Below, one piece after another: positions 10,045 to 18,802 of a stretch of DNA of 64,000 nucleotides. Within the stretch, counting starts at the first letter, position 1, and each line of letters opens with the position of its first letter. Position numbers and translations under genes: made by a program. Source of the stretch: an uncultured Chloroflexia bacterium. Lineage in GTDB: Bacteria > Chloroflexota > Anaerolineae > Anaerolineales > UBA4823. The notes under the pieces were generated by a model. It was not told the DNA's origin, ran no database searches, and saw nothing but the letters and a program-made list of their open reading frames with translations. The stretch is taken from assembly GCA_963725685.1 (NCBI GenBank), contig CAVRYZ010000006.1:10684-74683 (forward strand), in the 5' to 3' direction.

Positions 10045-10937
10045 TCGAGTAATTTCGTATTCGCCAGGGATTCGATAACCCCCAGCACTGCAGAATTATC
10101 CAGCTCACCCATATCCATTTCCAACATGGCGTTGAAGAGCTGGGCATTTACTGCAGTAGAAGGCAGTGGAATTCCGTACTGCCGGGCAGTATCCATAATA
10201 ATGTTCAGGTCTTTGGCCTGCATGTGGGCTTTAAATCCAGGCGAGCGGTTACCGGAGAAAAGACGCGGGGGTTTGACATCCAAAGTCCAGCATTGAGCCG
10301 CCCCTGCTTTGATGGCTTCTACCACTTTTTGCGGGTCAGCGCCGGCTTTCTTGGAGAAGATCAGCAGTTCACCCATCGCCACCATCTGAGCCGCGACCAT
10401 GATCTGATTGGCGGCTTTGGCGATCTGACCCGCCCCTGAAGCGCCCACATGGGTGATGGTTTTTCCCATGGCAGCGAGGACGGGGCGTACAATTTCTAAA
10501 GCAGCTGCAGGACCTCCAACCATGATTGCCAGAGTACCCTGGCGGGCACCGATATCACCTCCACTGACCGGTGCATCCAGGCATTGAACGCCCTTGGCAG
10601 CAAAAACAGATGCAATTTCACGTGCCGTTGCTGGTTTGATGGTCGAATTATCCACGTAAATGAGGCCAGGGTGTGCCCCAGAGATGATCCCACTTTCACC
10701 AAGGGCGACCAGTTCCACATCCGGAGTGTCTGGCAGGTTGGTAAATACCACATCCACCTGGGCAGCCACTTCAGCGGGTGAGGTTGCAGAAAGAGCACCT
10801 TCACCGACCAGCTCGGTAACTGCAAATTGACTGCGATTATGTACTACCAGGGGAAATCCGGCATGCAGGATATTACGGGCGATCGATTTTCCCATTAAAC
10901 CAAGACCGATATAGCCTATTTTTAAAAGTTCAGTCAT
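10041..10937 (-). CDS. beta-hydroxyacid dehydrogenase (2-hydroxy-3-oxopropionate reductase-like)
   Basis: GYIGLGLMG, DAPVSGG, KAANQ, KDL. Confidence 0.9.
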   Translation of the reverse strand: MTELLKIGYIGLGLMGKSIARNILHAGFPLVVHNRSQFAVTELVGEGALSATSPAEVAAQVDVVFTNLPDTPDVELVALGESGIISGAHPGLIYVDNSTIKPATAREIASVFAAKGVQCLDAPVSGGDIGARQGTLAIMVGGPAAALEIVRPVLAAMGKTITHVGASGAGQIAKAANQIMVAAQMVAMGELLIFSKKAGADPQKVVEAIKAGAAQCWTLDVKPPRLFSGNRSPGFKAHMQAKDLNIIMDTARQYGIPLPSTAVNAQLFNAMLEMDMGELDNSAVLGVIESLANTKLLE

Positions 10938-10951
10938 AGGGACTCCTGCTC

Positions 10952-12122
10952 TTAATTATATTGAAACGGCAATTTCTTGCTCACCGGGCCTTCATCAGTA
11001 TCCATTATTTCCCATCCCAGCTTTGCAATCTGCTGGCGTAATTCATCTGCGACCGCCCAATTACTCATTTGACGGGCGTTTTGACGCGCCTGGATAAGCA
11101 GTAATACATCCTCTGAGGGTAGCTCGACCACGCCTGAATCAACCCGGTCGCGTGCCTGGATTGCTTTTTGCCAGATAGAAGCAGGCAGGTATGCTTCAGG
11201 ATAATATGTATGGAAAGGTCCCAGCTCACTCATCGGAAAAACCTGCCCCTCCTGGTAGCGGTGTACATGCCCATTGTGTTGTTCGGCGATTATTACCAGG
11301 TCTTGATCAGTTCCAGCCGTATGGTCCATGACCGGTGGAGAGGTATGCAAGTGTTTATGCCCCGTGTGCAGCAGGGTGACCGCACCCAACCCCATCACAT
11401 GACACTCACTTCTTGCCGGATCCATTATCATCGCTGTCTTTTCGTCCAATCCGACGATGGTAACCTCATCCGGGAGCATTTCCATTAAATGGGCAAATCG
11501 CTCCCGACCCATAAAACAACAGCTGGTATCAAGCTCCGTACCACCTTCGTGGTTATTCCAATGCGGAATAATGACAAGCCGTAATCCATAAAGTCTGAAA
11601 AAGTCCAAACCTTCGACCCAATGCAGGTCTTCGCCAACCTTATAGATTTCGTAAACCGGTAAGGCGCAGGTACTAAAGGCGATCGAGGCAGCACTGGCAA
11701 GAGCAAGCACAGCACCCAGGCGGTGACGCGCAACCAGGTAGTACCAGGCCAGAACTCTCTCGCAGCTGGTGAACTGCGTATGTAGGGCTGCCGGGACCCA
11801 TGAAGATAAGATCGGAGGTTAATATGGGTGAAACCGTATCAGAATCATCCGGACTATATTTTGTTCCGCGCTTGCGAGCAGGGATGATATCTACCCGAGG
11901 AGTGTAATTTTGTAAGCGCTGGATAAAGAAATTTCCCACCCGGTTGATCACCTGGTGTGAATTCAGCTCAAACCCGGCGGGTGTTTCCAATAATGCCAGG
12001 CGGGGTGATGGGGGGAGTGATTTAAAGATATATTCGAAGATCTTTCGCCCGGTAGGGGATGTTTCACCTGAGCCAAACAGGATAATTAATCCAGGTTCCG
12101 GGAGGAATTGATCACCAGTCAT
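10952..12122 (-). CDS. peptidase S51/cyanophycinase-like protein with C-terminal CysRS anticodon-binding-like domain; one frameshift at ~11753
   Basis: LFGSGE, IFMGPGSP, IPHWNN, GLDEKT. Removing one T gives LRESLAWYYLVARHRLGAVLALASAA. C-terminus RQNARQMSNWAVADELRQQIAKLGWEIMD. Confidence 0.7.
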
Positions 12123-12176
12123 CGCTATCTTGGAATGTCTACCAGCTGCACCAAAGAACTTAAGAAAATGAACACA

Positions 12177-13193
12177 TCATTTCCCATTGTACATGTTGCG
12201 AATATTTGGCACCAGATACTCGGCAAATGAACGTTGAATGTCATAGTCGGGAAGCCAGCTCCAATTGCGTTTGGCGGCACTATCATCCAAATCAGCCGGC
12301 CATGTATCCACAATTGCCTGGCGTTTTAGATCCGGCTGGAAGGTGATCTGCGCATCGGGGAAGAATTTTATTACCCATTCCCTGAATTCAGCCGCGGAGA
12401 GGCTGAAACTGGTCACATTGTAGACCGAATGTTTTAGACTTGATTTCGGTGCACCTGTGAGCATTAGGATGGATTTAACCGCATCCGGCATGACCATGAA
12501 GGGAATGCGCACATCTTCACGCACAAAACATGCATAAGCTTTCTTTTGGGCGGCATAATGCAACATCTCAGGACCATAGTCGCTGGTGCCTCCGCTCGGT
12601 ACGGTAAAAGCACTGATCAACCCAGGGAATCGTAAGCAGCGGAAATCCAACATGACGGGCAGGTCAGCTGCCAGCTGGCGGTAATATTTGCTGTAGTAGA
12701 TCCCCAATTGTTCACAGTAGAGCTTGTTGCAGCCATACATGGTGCGCGGGTTATTCCACTCCCATTCACGCACCCGGGTGTAAGCCAACTTGGTCTCCAT
12801 ATCTGGCAATCCATAAGCTGCGATCGAGCTCGGAAAGAAGAATTTTACCGGCTCATCACGCCATTCAGACTGTTCAGCGGCAAGATTGAGCAATCCCAAC
12901 GTCCCTTCCACATTGACTTTATGGGCAGCCTCGGGTGAAAACTCAGCCCGGGTTGAAAGCAAAGCTGCCAGATGAAAAATTGTATCGAACTCGTATTCGC
13001 TGACCAGGCGGGAAAGTAACGATTTATCCATAATATCACCCTGAAATGGGGTGACTAAGGCATGAACATCAGCGGGAAGGGGAGCGATATCAAGGGTGAG
13101 GATGGGCATTTCATTCTGCCTGGCCAGGCTTTTTACCAGTGCCTGACCAATTTCGCCGGATGCACCCGTGATGAGGATGGCTTTTTTGCGCAT
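12177..13193 (-). CDS. NAD-dependent epimerase/dehydratase, L-threonine 3-dehydrogenase-like SDR
   Basis: ITGASGEIG, HLAALLS, YGCNK, PSGGTSDY. Confidence 0.85.
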   Translation of the reverse strand: MRKKAILITGASGEIGQALVKSLARQNEMPILTLDIAPLPADVHALVTPFQGDIMDKSLLSRLVSEYEFDTIFHLAALLSTRAEFSPEAAHKVNVEGTLGLLNLAAEQSEWRDEPVKFFFPSSIAAYGLPDMETKLAYTRVREWEWNNPRTMYGCNKLYCEQLGIYYSKYYRQLAADLPVMLDFRCLRFPGLISAFTVPSGGTSDYGPEMLHYAAQKKAYACFVREDVRIPFMVMPDAVKSILMLTGAPKSSLKHSVYNVTSFSLSAAEFREWVIKFFPDAQITFQPDLKRQAIVDTWPADLDDSAAKRNWSWLPDYDIQRSFAEYLVPNIRNMYNGK

Positions 13194-13345
13194 AACTTCT
13201 CCTTATTGAAGCAGATTGGGATTGGTTTGCAGTATTTTATTACATTGTGCTAGAATGACCACACCAATTGTACAACACCTTGATAATAATTCTCCATATT
13301 TTTGTTTACGATTTGGATTTCAAACCTGATTGACATAATTTTGAT

Positions 13346-14113
13346 GTGTGCATGAAAAGTCTCTTTTACTATTGTATGCTGATCCTTTCGAGTAGTGCCT
13401 GCACTGTTGCACCGACGATCGCCGTTTTACCCACTGAGACACAACTACCCGCGACTGCAACAATTACCCCGACGATTGTATGGTTCCCATCGACGGCAAC
13501 TCCGACTGCTTTCCCCACACCAGTCGTAACCTCAACCGCGGATATGCGCCCTAAAATTGGGAAAATCTTGTTTGAAGACGATTTTACCGATCCGAGTACC
13601 TGGACGTCAAGCCAATCAGAGGCAGGCAGTGTTGCCTTGGGAAAGAATGAGCTGGCGATTGCAATTGGTGAAACGAATGTGTATTTATTCAGTGTACGCG
13701 AAGAACCCATCTTTACGAATTTCTACCTGGAAATCACGGCACAAACCAGCCTGTGCCGAGATTTGGACGAATATGGGGTGCTGTTTCGCGTCTCTCCAAC
13801 CATTGATTATTATCGTTTCTCACTTTCCTGTAATGGTCAGGTTCGATTGGACAGGATCTTCGCAGGTAATGCTTCGTCTCCACAGCCATGGACGCTGAGT
13901 GGTTCAGTACCTCCAGGTGCACCGGCCTCAGTCCGGATAGGGATTGCTGCGCTGGGGACTGAGCTGAGTTTCTTTGTCAACGGCCAATTCCAGTTTTCAA
14001 TCCACGACCCCTCCCTGAGCTCGGGAGGGTTGGGAGTGTTTGCCCGGTCTGCTAACAAAAAGGCGGTGACAGTGAATTTTTCTGACCTGGTTGTCTATGA
14101 AGTGAATCCATAA
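13346..14113 (+). CDS. putative lipoprotein with Pro/Thr linker and lectin-like beta-sandwich (DUF1080-like) domain
   Basis: SSAC lipobox-like motif, PT-rich linker, LFEDDF...FFVNG...GGLG...FSDLVV pattern. Confidence 0.55.
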   Translation: MCMKSLFYYCMLILSSSACTVAPTIAVLPTETQLPATATITPTIVWFPSTATPTAFPTPVVTSTADMRPKIGKILFEDDFTDPSTWTSSQSEAGSVALGKNELAIAIGETNVYLFSVREEPIFTNFYLEITAQTSLCRDLDEYGVLFRVSPTIDYYRFSLSCNGQVRLDRIFAGNASSPQPWTLSGSVPPGAPASVRIGIAALGTELSFFVNGQFQFSIHDPSLSSGGLGVFARSANKKAVTVNFSDLVVYEVNP

Positions 14114-14147
14114 GCCGAATTCATCGCTCCTGACTGAATCGAACACG

Positions 14148-14980
14148 ATGCCTAAACGCACATTGATCAACAAGCTTAACGAATTATCACCGAAGGAATG
14201 GCTGAAATTCCAGAAATCCTGGTTTATCCATAACCCGCCCCCCCGGCAAAAAAGTGTCCTGCGCCACCCAGCCAAATTCCCTGAGACCCTGGTAATGGAA
14301 TTTATCACCTTTTTTACCAAGCTCAACCAGGTGGTGTTTGACCCGATGGCTGGTACTGGCAGCACACTGGTAGCAGCATTACGCTGTGGCCGGAATGCGT
14401 ACGGAATTGAGCTTAATCCCACTTACGCCGATATCGCCCGCCAGGTAGTTGCCGAAGAGATGCTTAATCTTGAATCAACGGGCACGGGGTTAAGCTGGGA
14501 GCTGATCACCGGCGATGCGTCTAATGTAATCGAGATCGCCGCAGAGCACCAAATCCCAGCGATTGATTATGTGATCACATCTCCACCATATTGGGACATG
14601 TTACATGCACATGGTGCTACCACGCAAAAGAATCGAAGGTCAGCCGAAGAGCTGGATGTATTCTATTCTAATGATTCCAATGACCTGGGAAATATCAGCG
14701 ATTACGAGGAGTTTACCGGGCGCCTGACGCGAATTTATACCGGAATGCGAGCCATATTGCGTCCGGGTGCCTACCTGACCATCATCGTCAAAAATATCAA
14801 GAAGGGGGGAAAATTTACCCCCTGGCATGGGACCTGGCAAATCGACTTGGTGAGACTTATGTACTCAAAGATGAAAAAATTTGGTGCCAGGATAACCAGC
14901 GGCTGTCTCCCTATGGGCTTGGAAATGCCTGGGTGAGCAACACTTTCCATCATTATTGCTTGCAGTTCAGGAACGAGTGA
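14148..14980 (+). CDS. orphan amino-type (N4/N6) DNA methyltransferase-like protein; one frameshift at ~14810
   Basis: HPAKFP, DPMAGTGST, TSPPY. Adding one A at GGGGGAAAA continues as IYPLAWDLA...KDEKIWCQDN...HHYCLQFRNE* ending at 14980. Confidence 0.75.
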
Positions 14981-15019
14981 ACCCCCATTCGCCAGACCTT
15001 TTATTTTTTCCAATTAAGT

Positions 15020-15031
15020 GTACAATTGTTC
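15020..15031. promoter_or_regulatory. candidate LexA box overlapping TACAAT -10 of ssb
   Basis: GTAC-aatt-GTTC, one mismatch from GAAC-N4-GTTC. Confidence 0.45.
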
Positions 15032-15040
15032 TGTACAGCT

Positions 15041-15107
15041 CAGTGAGTGCCCCATAGGCTTTGGCCCGGATGGCGTTCATCCGGAACTTCTTCCAAACCG
15101 CTCACTG
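15041..15107 (+). ncRNA. structured 5' leader of ssb (candidate cis-regulatory RNA or ssDNA element)
   Basis: Nested stems CAGTGAG/CTCACTG, TTTGG/CCAAA and CCGGATG/CATCCGG ending just before the RBS. Confidence 0.4.
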
Positions 15108-15125
15108 CAACGAAAGGAGCTCCAC

Positions 15126-15551
15126 ATGTCTTACCACACGATTATATTGGTTGGAAATCTTGGCAGAGATCCAGAGATGCGTTATACGCCCTCGGGTCAG
15201 GCAGTCACAAACTTCTCGGTGGCTGTTAATGATAACTTTACCAGCAGCAATGGTGAGAAAGTTGAGAGAACGATTTGGGTGCGTGTTTCCACCTGGGGGA
15301 AACAAGCAGAAATATGCAACCAGTATCTCAAGAAAGGGAGGAAAGTTCTCGTTGAAGGGCGCCTGGTAACAGATCCCAGCACTGGCGGCCCACGCATTTG
15401 GGAACGGCAAGACGGCACCAAGAGCGCCTCCTTCGAAGTCAGCGCACAAACCGTACGCTTCCTATCGCAGCGAGGTGAAGATGACGGCGGTGCCACTCCA
15501 CCGGGTGAAGCAGCCGGGCAGTCAGATGATGGCGGTGATATCCCGTTCTAA
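15126..15551 (+). CDS. ssb: single-stranded DNA-binding protein
   Basis: LVGNLGRDPEMRYTPSG, acidic tail ending DIPF; RBS AAGGAG before ATG 15126. Confidence 0.97.
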   Translation: MSYHTIILVGNLGRDPEMRYTPSGQAVTNFSVAVNDNFTSSNGEKVERTIWVRVSTWGKQAEICNQYLKKGRKVLVEGRLVTDPSTGGPRIWERQDGTKSASFEVSAQTVRFLSQRGEDDGGATPPGEAAGQSDDGGDIPF

Positions 15552-15564
15552 TCCACAATCCAAA

Positions 15565-15600
15565 AAGGTGCGGAGCTGTGCTCCGCACCTTAATTCTTTA
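15565..15600 (+). terminator. intrinsic terminator after ssb
   Basis: 12-bp perfect stem AAGGTGCGGAGC-tgt-GCTCCGCACCTT with T-rich tail. Confidence 0.75.
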
Positions 15601-15632
15601 AACACAGTCCCGCGATAATAGGAAAAATACTT

Positions 15633-15971
15633 ATGTCAAACCCTGCTCAGAACCGTCCAATGGCTCCAGCACCTCCTGCGTTGGAGGTGCCTGCAGATTT
15701 AAGAACCGAGTATGCTAACGTGGTACGCATTGCCCATTCGCCGTCAGAATTGGTCCTGGATTTTGCCCACCTGCTGCCTGGCGTTACCCCAGCAAGGGTA
15801 TGCACTCGGGTGGTCATGTCTCCATTAGGGGCAAAATTACTTCAACGTGCGCTGACAGAAAACCTGGCACGCTACGAATCTGCCTTTGGAGAGATTAAAA
15901 TACCCGGCGAGAGCACACTGGCGGATTTCCTTTTCCACCCACCTACACCACCCACACCACCGAAAGAGTGA
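15633..15971 (+). CDS. DUF3467-like protein
   Basis: YANVVRI.HS..E..LDF...RVVMSP..AK.L..AL..NL..YE..FGEI pattern. Confidence 0.8.
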   Translation: MSNPAQNRPMAPAPPALEVPADLRTEYANVVRIAHSPSELVLDFAHLLPGVTPARVCTRVVMSPLGAKLLQRALTENLARYESAFGEIKIPGESTLADFLFHPPTPPTPPKE

Positions 15972-15976
15972 GACCG

Positions 15977-16627
15977 ATGCCTGAAAAATTGGATGATATT
16001 GCAGAAAAGATCCACCGTTCATTCGAGGTCTGTACCGAGGAACGTGACCGAGCACTTGCCCAGGCGCGCACGCTCACCCGGCATTGTGCCAATGCTATCC
16101 GGGCAGTCCATCGCGAAGAAAATTCACTGGCACAACAACATCTTGGTGAAGCCCGTCTATTAGTTATATCCTTGCGTGATAATCTTAAGGATCTGCCAGA
16201 CCTCTTTTATGCTGGTTATACCCAGGACGCGCTCAAAGAATATGCAGAAGCTGCCCTGGTGAATGCCTTGATCAACGAGAATGGATTTCCAGATCCAGAG
16301 GACTTATTACTCGAACCAGCCACTTACCTGCAAGGTCTGGCGGAAGCAGTGGGTGAATTACGCCGACGGATCCTGGATTTGCTGCTCAAAGATAATGCCA
16401 TAGAGGCGGCCCGCCTGTTAGGCGAAATGGATGACATCTATGCAGTTTTAGTGACCATGGACTATCCGGATGCAATCACCGGTGGTCTGAGGCGCCTGAC
16501 GGATGTGGCACGCGGGATCATCGAACGGACGCGGGGCGATTTTACTCTCAGCTTAAGGCAAGAACGACTGGAGAATAGCATTCGGGAATTGGAAACCAGA
16601 TTGGATGGATACAGCCAAAAAGAATGA
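15977..16627 (+). CDS. translin/TRAX-family protein
   Basis: All-helical; AIRAVHR, QDALKEYAEA, YLQGLAEAVGELRR, LRRLTDVARGIIERT. Confidence 0.85.
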   Translation: MPEKLDDIAEKIHRSFEVCTEERDRALAQARTLTRHCANAIRAVHREENSLAQQHLGEARLLVISLRDNLKDLPDLFYAGYTQDALKEYAEAALVNALINENGFPDPEDLLLEPATYLQGLAEAVGELRRRILDLLLKDNAIEAARLLGEMDDIYAVLVTMDYPDAITGGLRRLTDVARGIIERTRGDFTLSLRQERLENSIRELETRLDGYSQKE

Positions 16628-16860
16628 GAATCATCCGGGCTTCCGAGATAGGTACGTATCAATTTTGCAACCGTGCCTGGTGGTACCAGCTACAGGGATA
16701 CGAACCTGAGAATCAAGTGGAATTAGCAGGGGGGAACGAAATTCACGAAAAACATGCACGCGTGGTGGTGGCAAGCAATTGCCTGCAAGTGATTGCTTAT
16801 GCATGCCTGCTGCTGGCAATCCTGGCTGCTGTCATATGGATCATCCAGGCTAATTTGTAA
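16624..16860 (+). CDS. N-terminal module of a Cas4-like nuclease with C-terminal TM anchor
   Basis: IRASEIGTYQFCNRAWW (first Fe-S Cys) and GNEIH (motif I), followed by a hydrophobic helix. Confidence 0.7.
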   Translation: MRIIRASEIGTYQFCNRAWWYQLQGYEPENQVELAGGNEIHEKHARVVVASNCLQVIAYACLLLAILAAVIWIIQANL

Positions 16861-16886
16861 ACATTCATTGATGTGATGGTGGGTTA

Positions 16887-17408
16887 ATGGTTGAGTTGTA
16901 TCTGGCGATCCTGTTTGCGATCATGGCTGTAATCTTATTCGTGCTGGCTGCCCGTCAAAAGCGGCAAGCAGGAATCCCTGGGGGTAGGGTAATTTATATT
17001 GATACCAAGCAATGGGGCAAAGTCGAGAAACCGTTATATGATCCGAACCTTCGATTGACCGGTAAACCTGATTACCTGGTGAGCCAGGGAAAACAAGTCA
17101 TCCCGATTGAGGTGAAATCGAGACAGGCGCCTGCGAATCCTTTTGATTCACACATCTTCCAGCTGGCTGCATATTGTATGTTAGTCGAGCATGAATATGG
17201 AACGCGCCCAACCCATGGGATCATCCATTATTCAAATAAGAATTTTGCGATCGATTATACAACCGAGCTGGAAGGATCCATCCAGGCGCTCATCCGCGAA
17301 ATGCAGGGGCGGACCAATCGCTCTGAGGTAGACCGCTCTCACCAGGATGAGAAACGCTGCCAGCATTGCGGGTATCGTTCCATCTGTGATCAGTCACTCA
17401 GGATATAA
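16887..17408 (+). CDS. Cas4-like PD-(D/E)xK nuclease core with N-terminal TM anchor (solo, no CRISPR in window)
   Basis: GKPDY, PIEVK, QLAAY and C-terminal CQHCGYRSIC; residues ~4-22 hydrophobic. Confidence 0.85.
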   Translation: MVELYLAILFAIMAVILFVLAARQKRQAGIPGGRVIYIDTKQWGKVEKPLYDPNLRLTGKPDYLVSQGKQVIPIEVKSRQAPANPFDSHIFQLAAYCMLVEHEYGTRPTHGIIHYSNKNFAIDYTTELEGSIQALIREMQGRTNRSEVDRSHQDEKRCQHCGYRSICDQSLRI

Positions 17409-17415
17409 TTGAGCC

Positions 17416-18291
17416 ATGATGACCGAAGAGAAGAAGCCAATCCACAAGATAGCCATTGTTGGCGCCCAAAACCTGCCGGATACGGAAAAGGAATCAATTG
17501 CCATTGCTGCTTTCTTAAATAAGAAAGGCATTGAAACCCAGCATGGCTTTTTATACGACGAAGCAATTTACAGGCGGGTGAAGCAGGGAGAGTTTGATGT
17601 CCTGATCGCTTTAGGGGGAGATGGAACCATGCTTCGGGCTGGTCACTTGGGAGGTCCTTCGGAGGTTCCCATCCTGGGGATCAATCTGGGCAGGTTTGGA
17701 TTCCTGACTGAGATTGCACAAAATCAATGGGAAGAATTCCTATTGCGCATGATTGAGGGCGATTATTGGCTGGAAAAACGCATGATGTTGACCGCTGAAC
17801 AATGGCGGGCAGATGCACTCCTGGGTAAATGGGATGTTTTAAATGAAGTAGTTGTCAGCCGAGGACAAATCATCCGACCCGTACATGTGACCGCCCATGT
17901 GGATGGACGTTTTCTGACCACCTACGTTGCAGATGCCTTAATCGCAGCGACTCCAACCGGATCGACTGCCTATGCACTGGCAGCTGGTGGTCCCATCCTG
18001 CCACCCGAGCTGCGCAATATATTGCTGGTACCCGTCGCCCCGCATCTATCACTCGATCGAGCAATTGTGCTGGCGGAAGGTTCTTCAGTGAGCATCACTG
18101 TAAATGTCGACCACCAGGCAGTATTCAGCATTGACGGGCAGGTACCGATCGGATTGACGAATGATGACAGGGTATATGTATATGCCTCACCGCATGTGGT
18201 CAAATTTATCCGTTTTCAGGATCCTGGGTATTTTTATCGTAATTTAACCCCCCATATGAGTCAAAACCCATCTGCAGGGAATCATCGCTAG
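17416..18291 (+). CDS. nadK: NAD(+) kinase
   Basis: LGGDGTML, GINLGRFGFL, NE, ATPTGSTAY. Confidence 0.95.
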   Translation: MMTEEKKPIHKIAIVGAQNLPDTEKESIAIAAFLNKKGIETQHGFLYDEAIYRRVKQGEFDVLIALGGDGTMLRAGHLGGPSEVPILGINLGRFGFLTEIAQNQWEEFLLRMIEGDYWLEKRMMLTAEQWRADALLGKWDVLNEVVVSRGQIIRPVHVTAHVDGRFLTTYVADALIAATPTGSTAYALAAGGPILPPELRNILLVPVAPHLSLDRAIVLAEGSSVSITVNVDHQAVFSIDGQVPIGLTNDDRVYVYASPHVVKFIRFQDPGYFYRNLTPHMSQNPSAGNHR

Positions 18292-18300
18292 AGGTTTAGT

Positions 18301-18801
18301 ATGACCGTCGAAGCTCCGAAGATGTACTGTGCCAATCATCCGAATGTGGAAACATCCCTGCGGTGCAACAAATGTGAGAAGCCCATTTGTGCCAGGTGTG
18401 CCATCCTTACACCCACGGGATATCGCTGCAAGGAATGTGTTAAAGGCCAGCAGAAGGTTTTTGAGACCGCAAAATGGCTGGATTATCCATTGATTTTTAT
18501 CGTTGTGGCAATTCTAGCGTATTTGGGCAGCATGATCGCATACCGGTTGGGTTTCTTTATCATCATCCTGGCTCCAATTGCCGGAGGAGCAATTGCTGAA
18601 ATCGCACGCTTCATTACCCGGCACCGACGAGCGAGGAATTTATACATTCTGGCGGCAATTGCAGGCGTATTCGGCTGTATACCGCTTGGACTTCAAATCA
18701 TCTTCAACTTTAGCTTGTTGGGTTTGATTTGGCATTTAGCCTATGCAATTTTAATGACATCAGCCTTATATACGCGCTTAGCGGGAATCAGAATCGGTTA
18801 G
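18301..18801 (+). CDS. B-box-like zinc-finger membrane protein
   Basis: CANHP...CNKCEKPICARC...CKEC followed by ~4 TM helices. Confidence 0.75.
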   Translation: MTVEAPKMYCANHPNVETSLRCNKCEKPICARCAILTPTGYRCKECVKGQQKVFETAKWLDYPLIFIVVAILAYLGSMIAYRLGFFIIILAPIAGGAIAEIARFITRHRRARNLYILAAIAGVFGCIPLGLQIIFNFSLLGLIWHLAYAILMTSALYTRLAGIRIG

Positions 18802-18802
18802 T

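Noticed and set aside
15018-15125. N-terminal extension of SSB given by ORF track
   Set aside because: RBS and homology place the start at 15126; the region is promoter and leader
16624-17408. CRISPR-Cas locus suggested by cas4
   Set aside because: No repeat-spacer array and no cas1, cas2 or effector genes in the window
14148-17408. Restriction-modification pair (methyltransferase plus PD-(D/E)xK nuclease)
   Set aside because: Genes are separated by ssb, a terminator and other genes; the nuclease is Cas4-like
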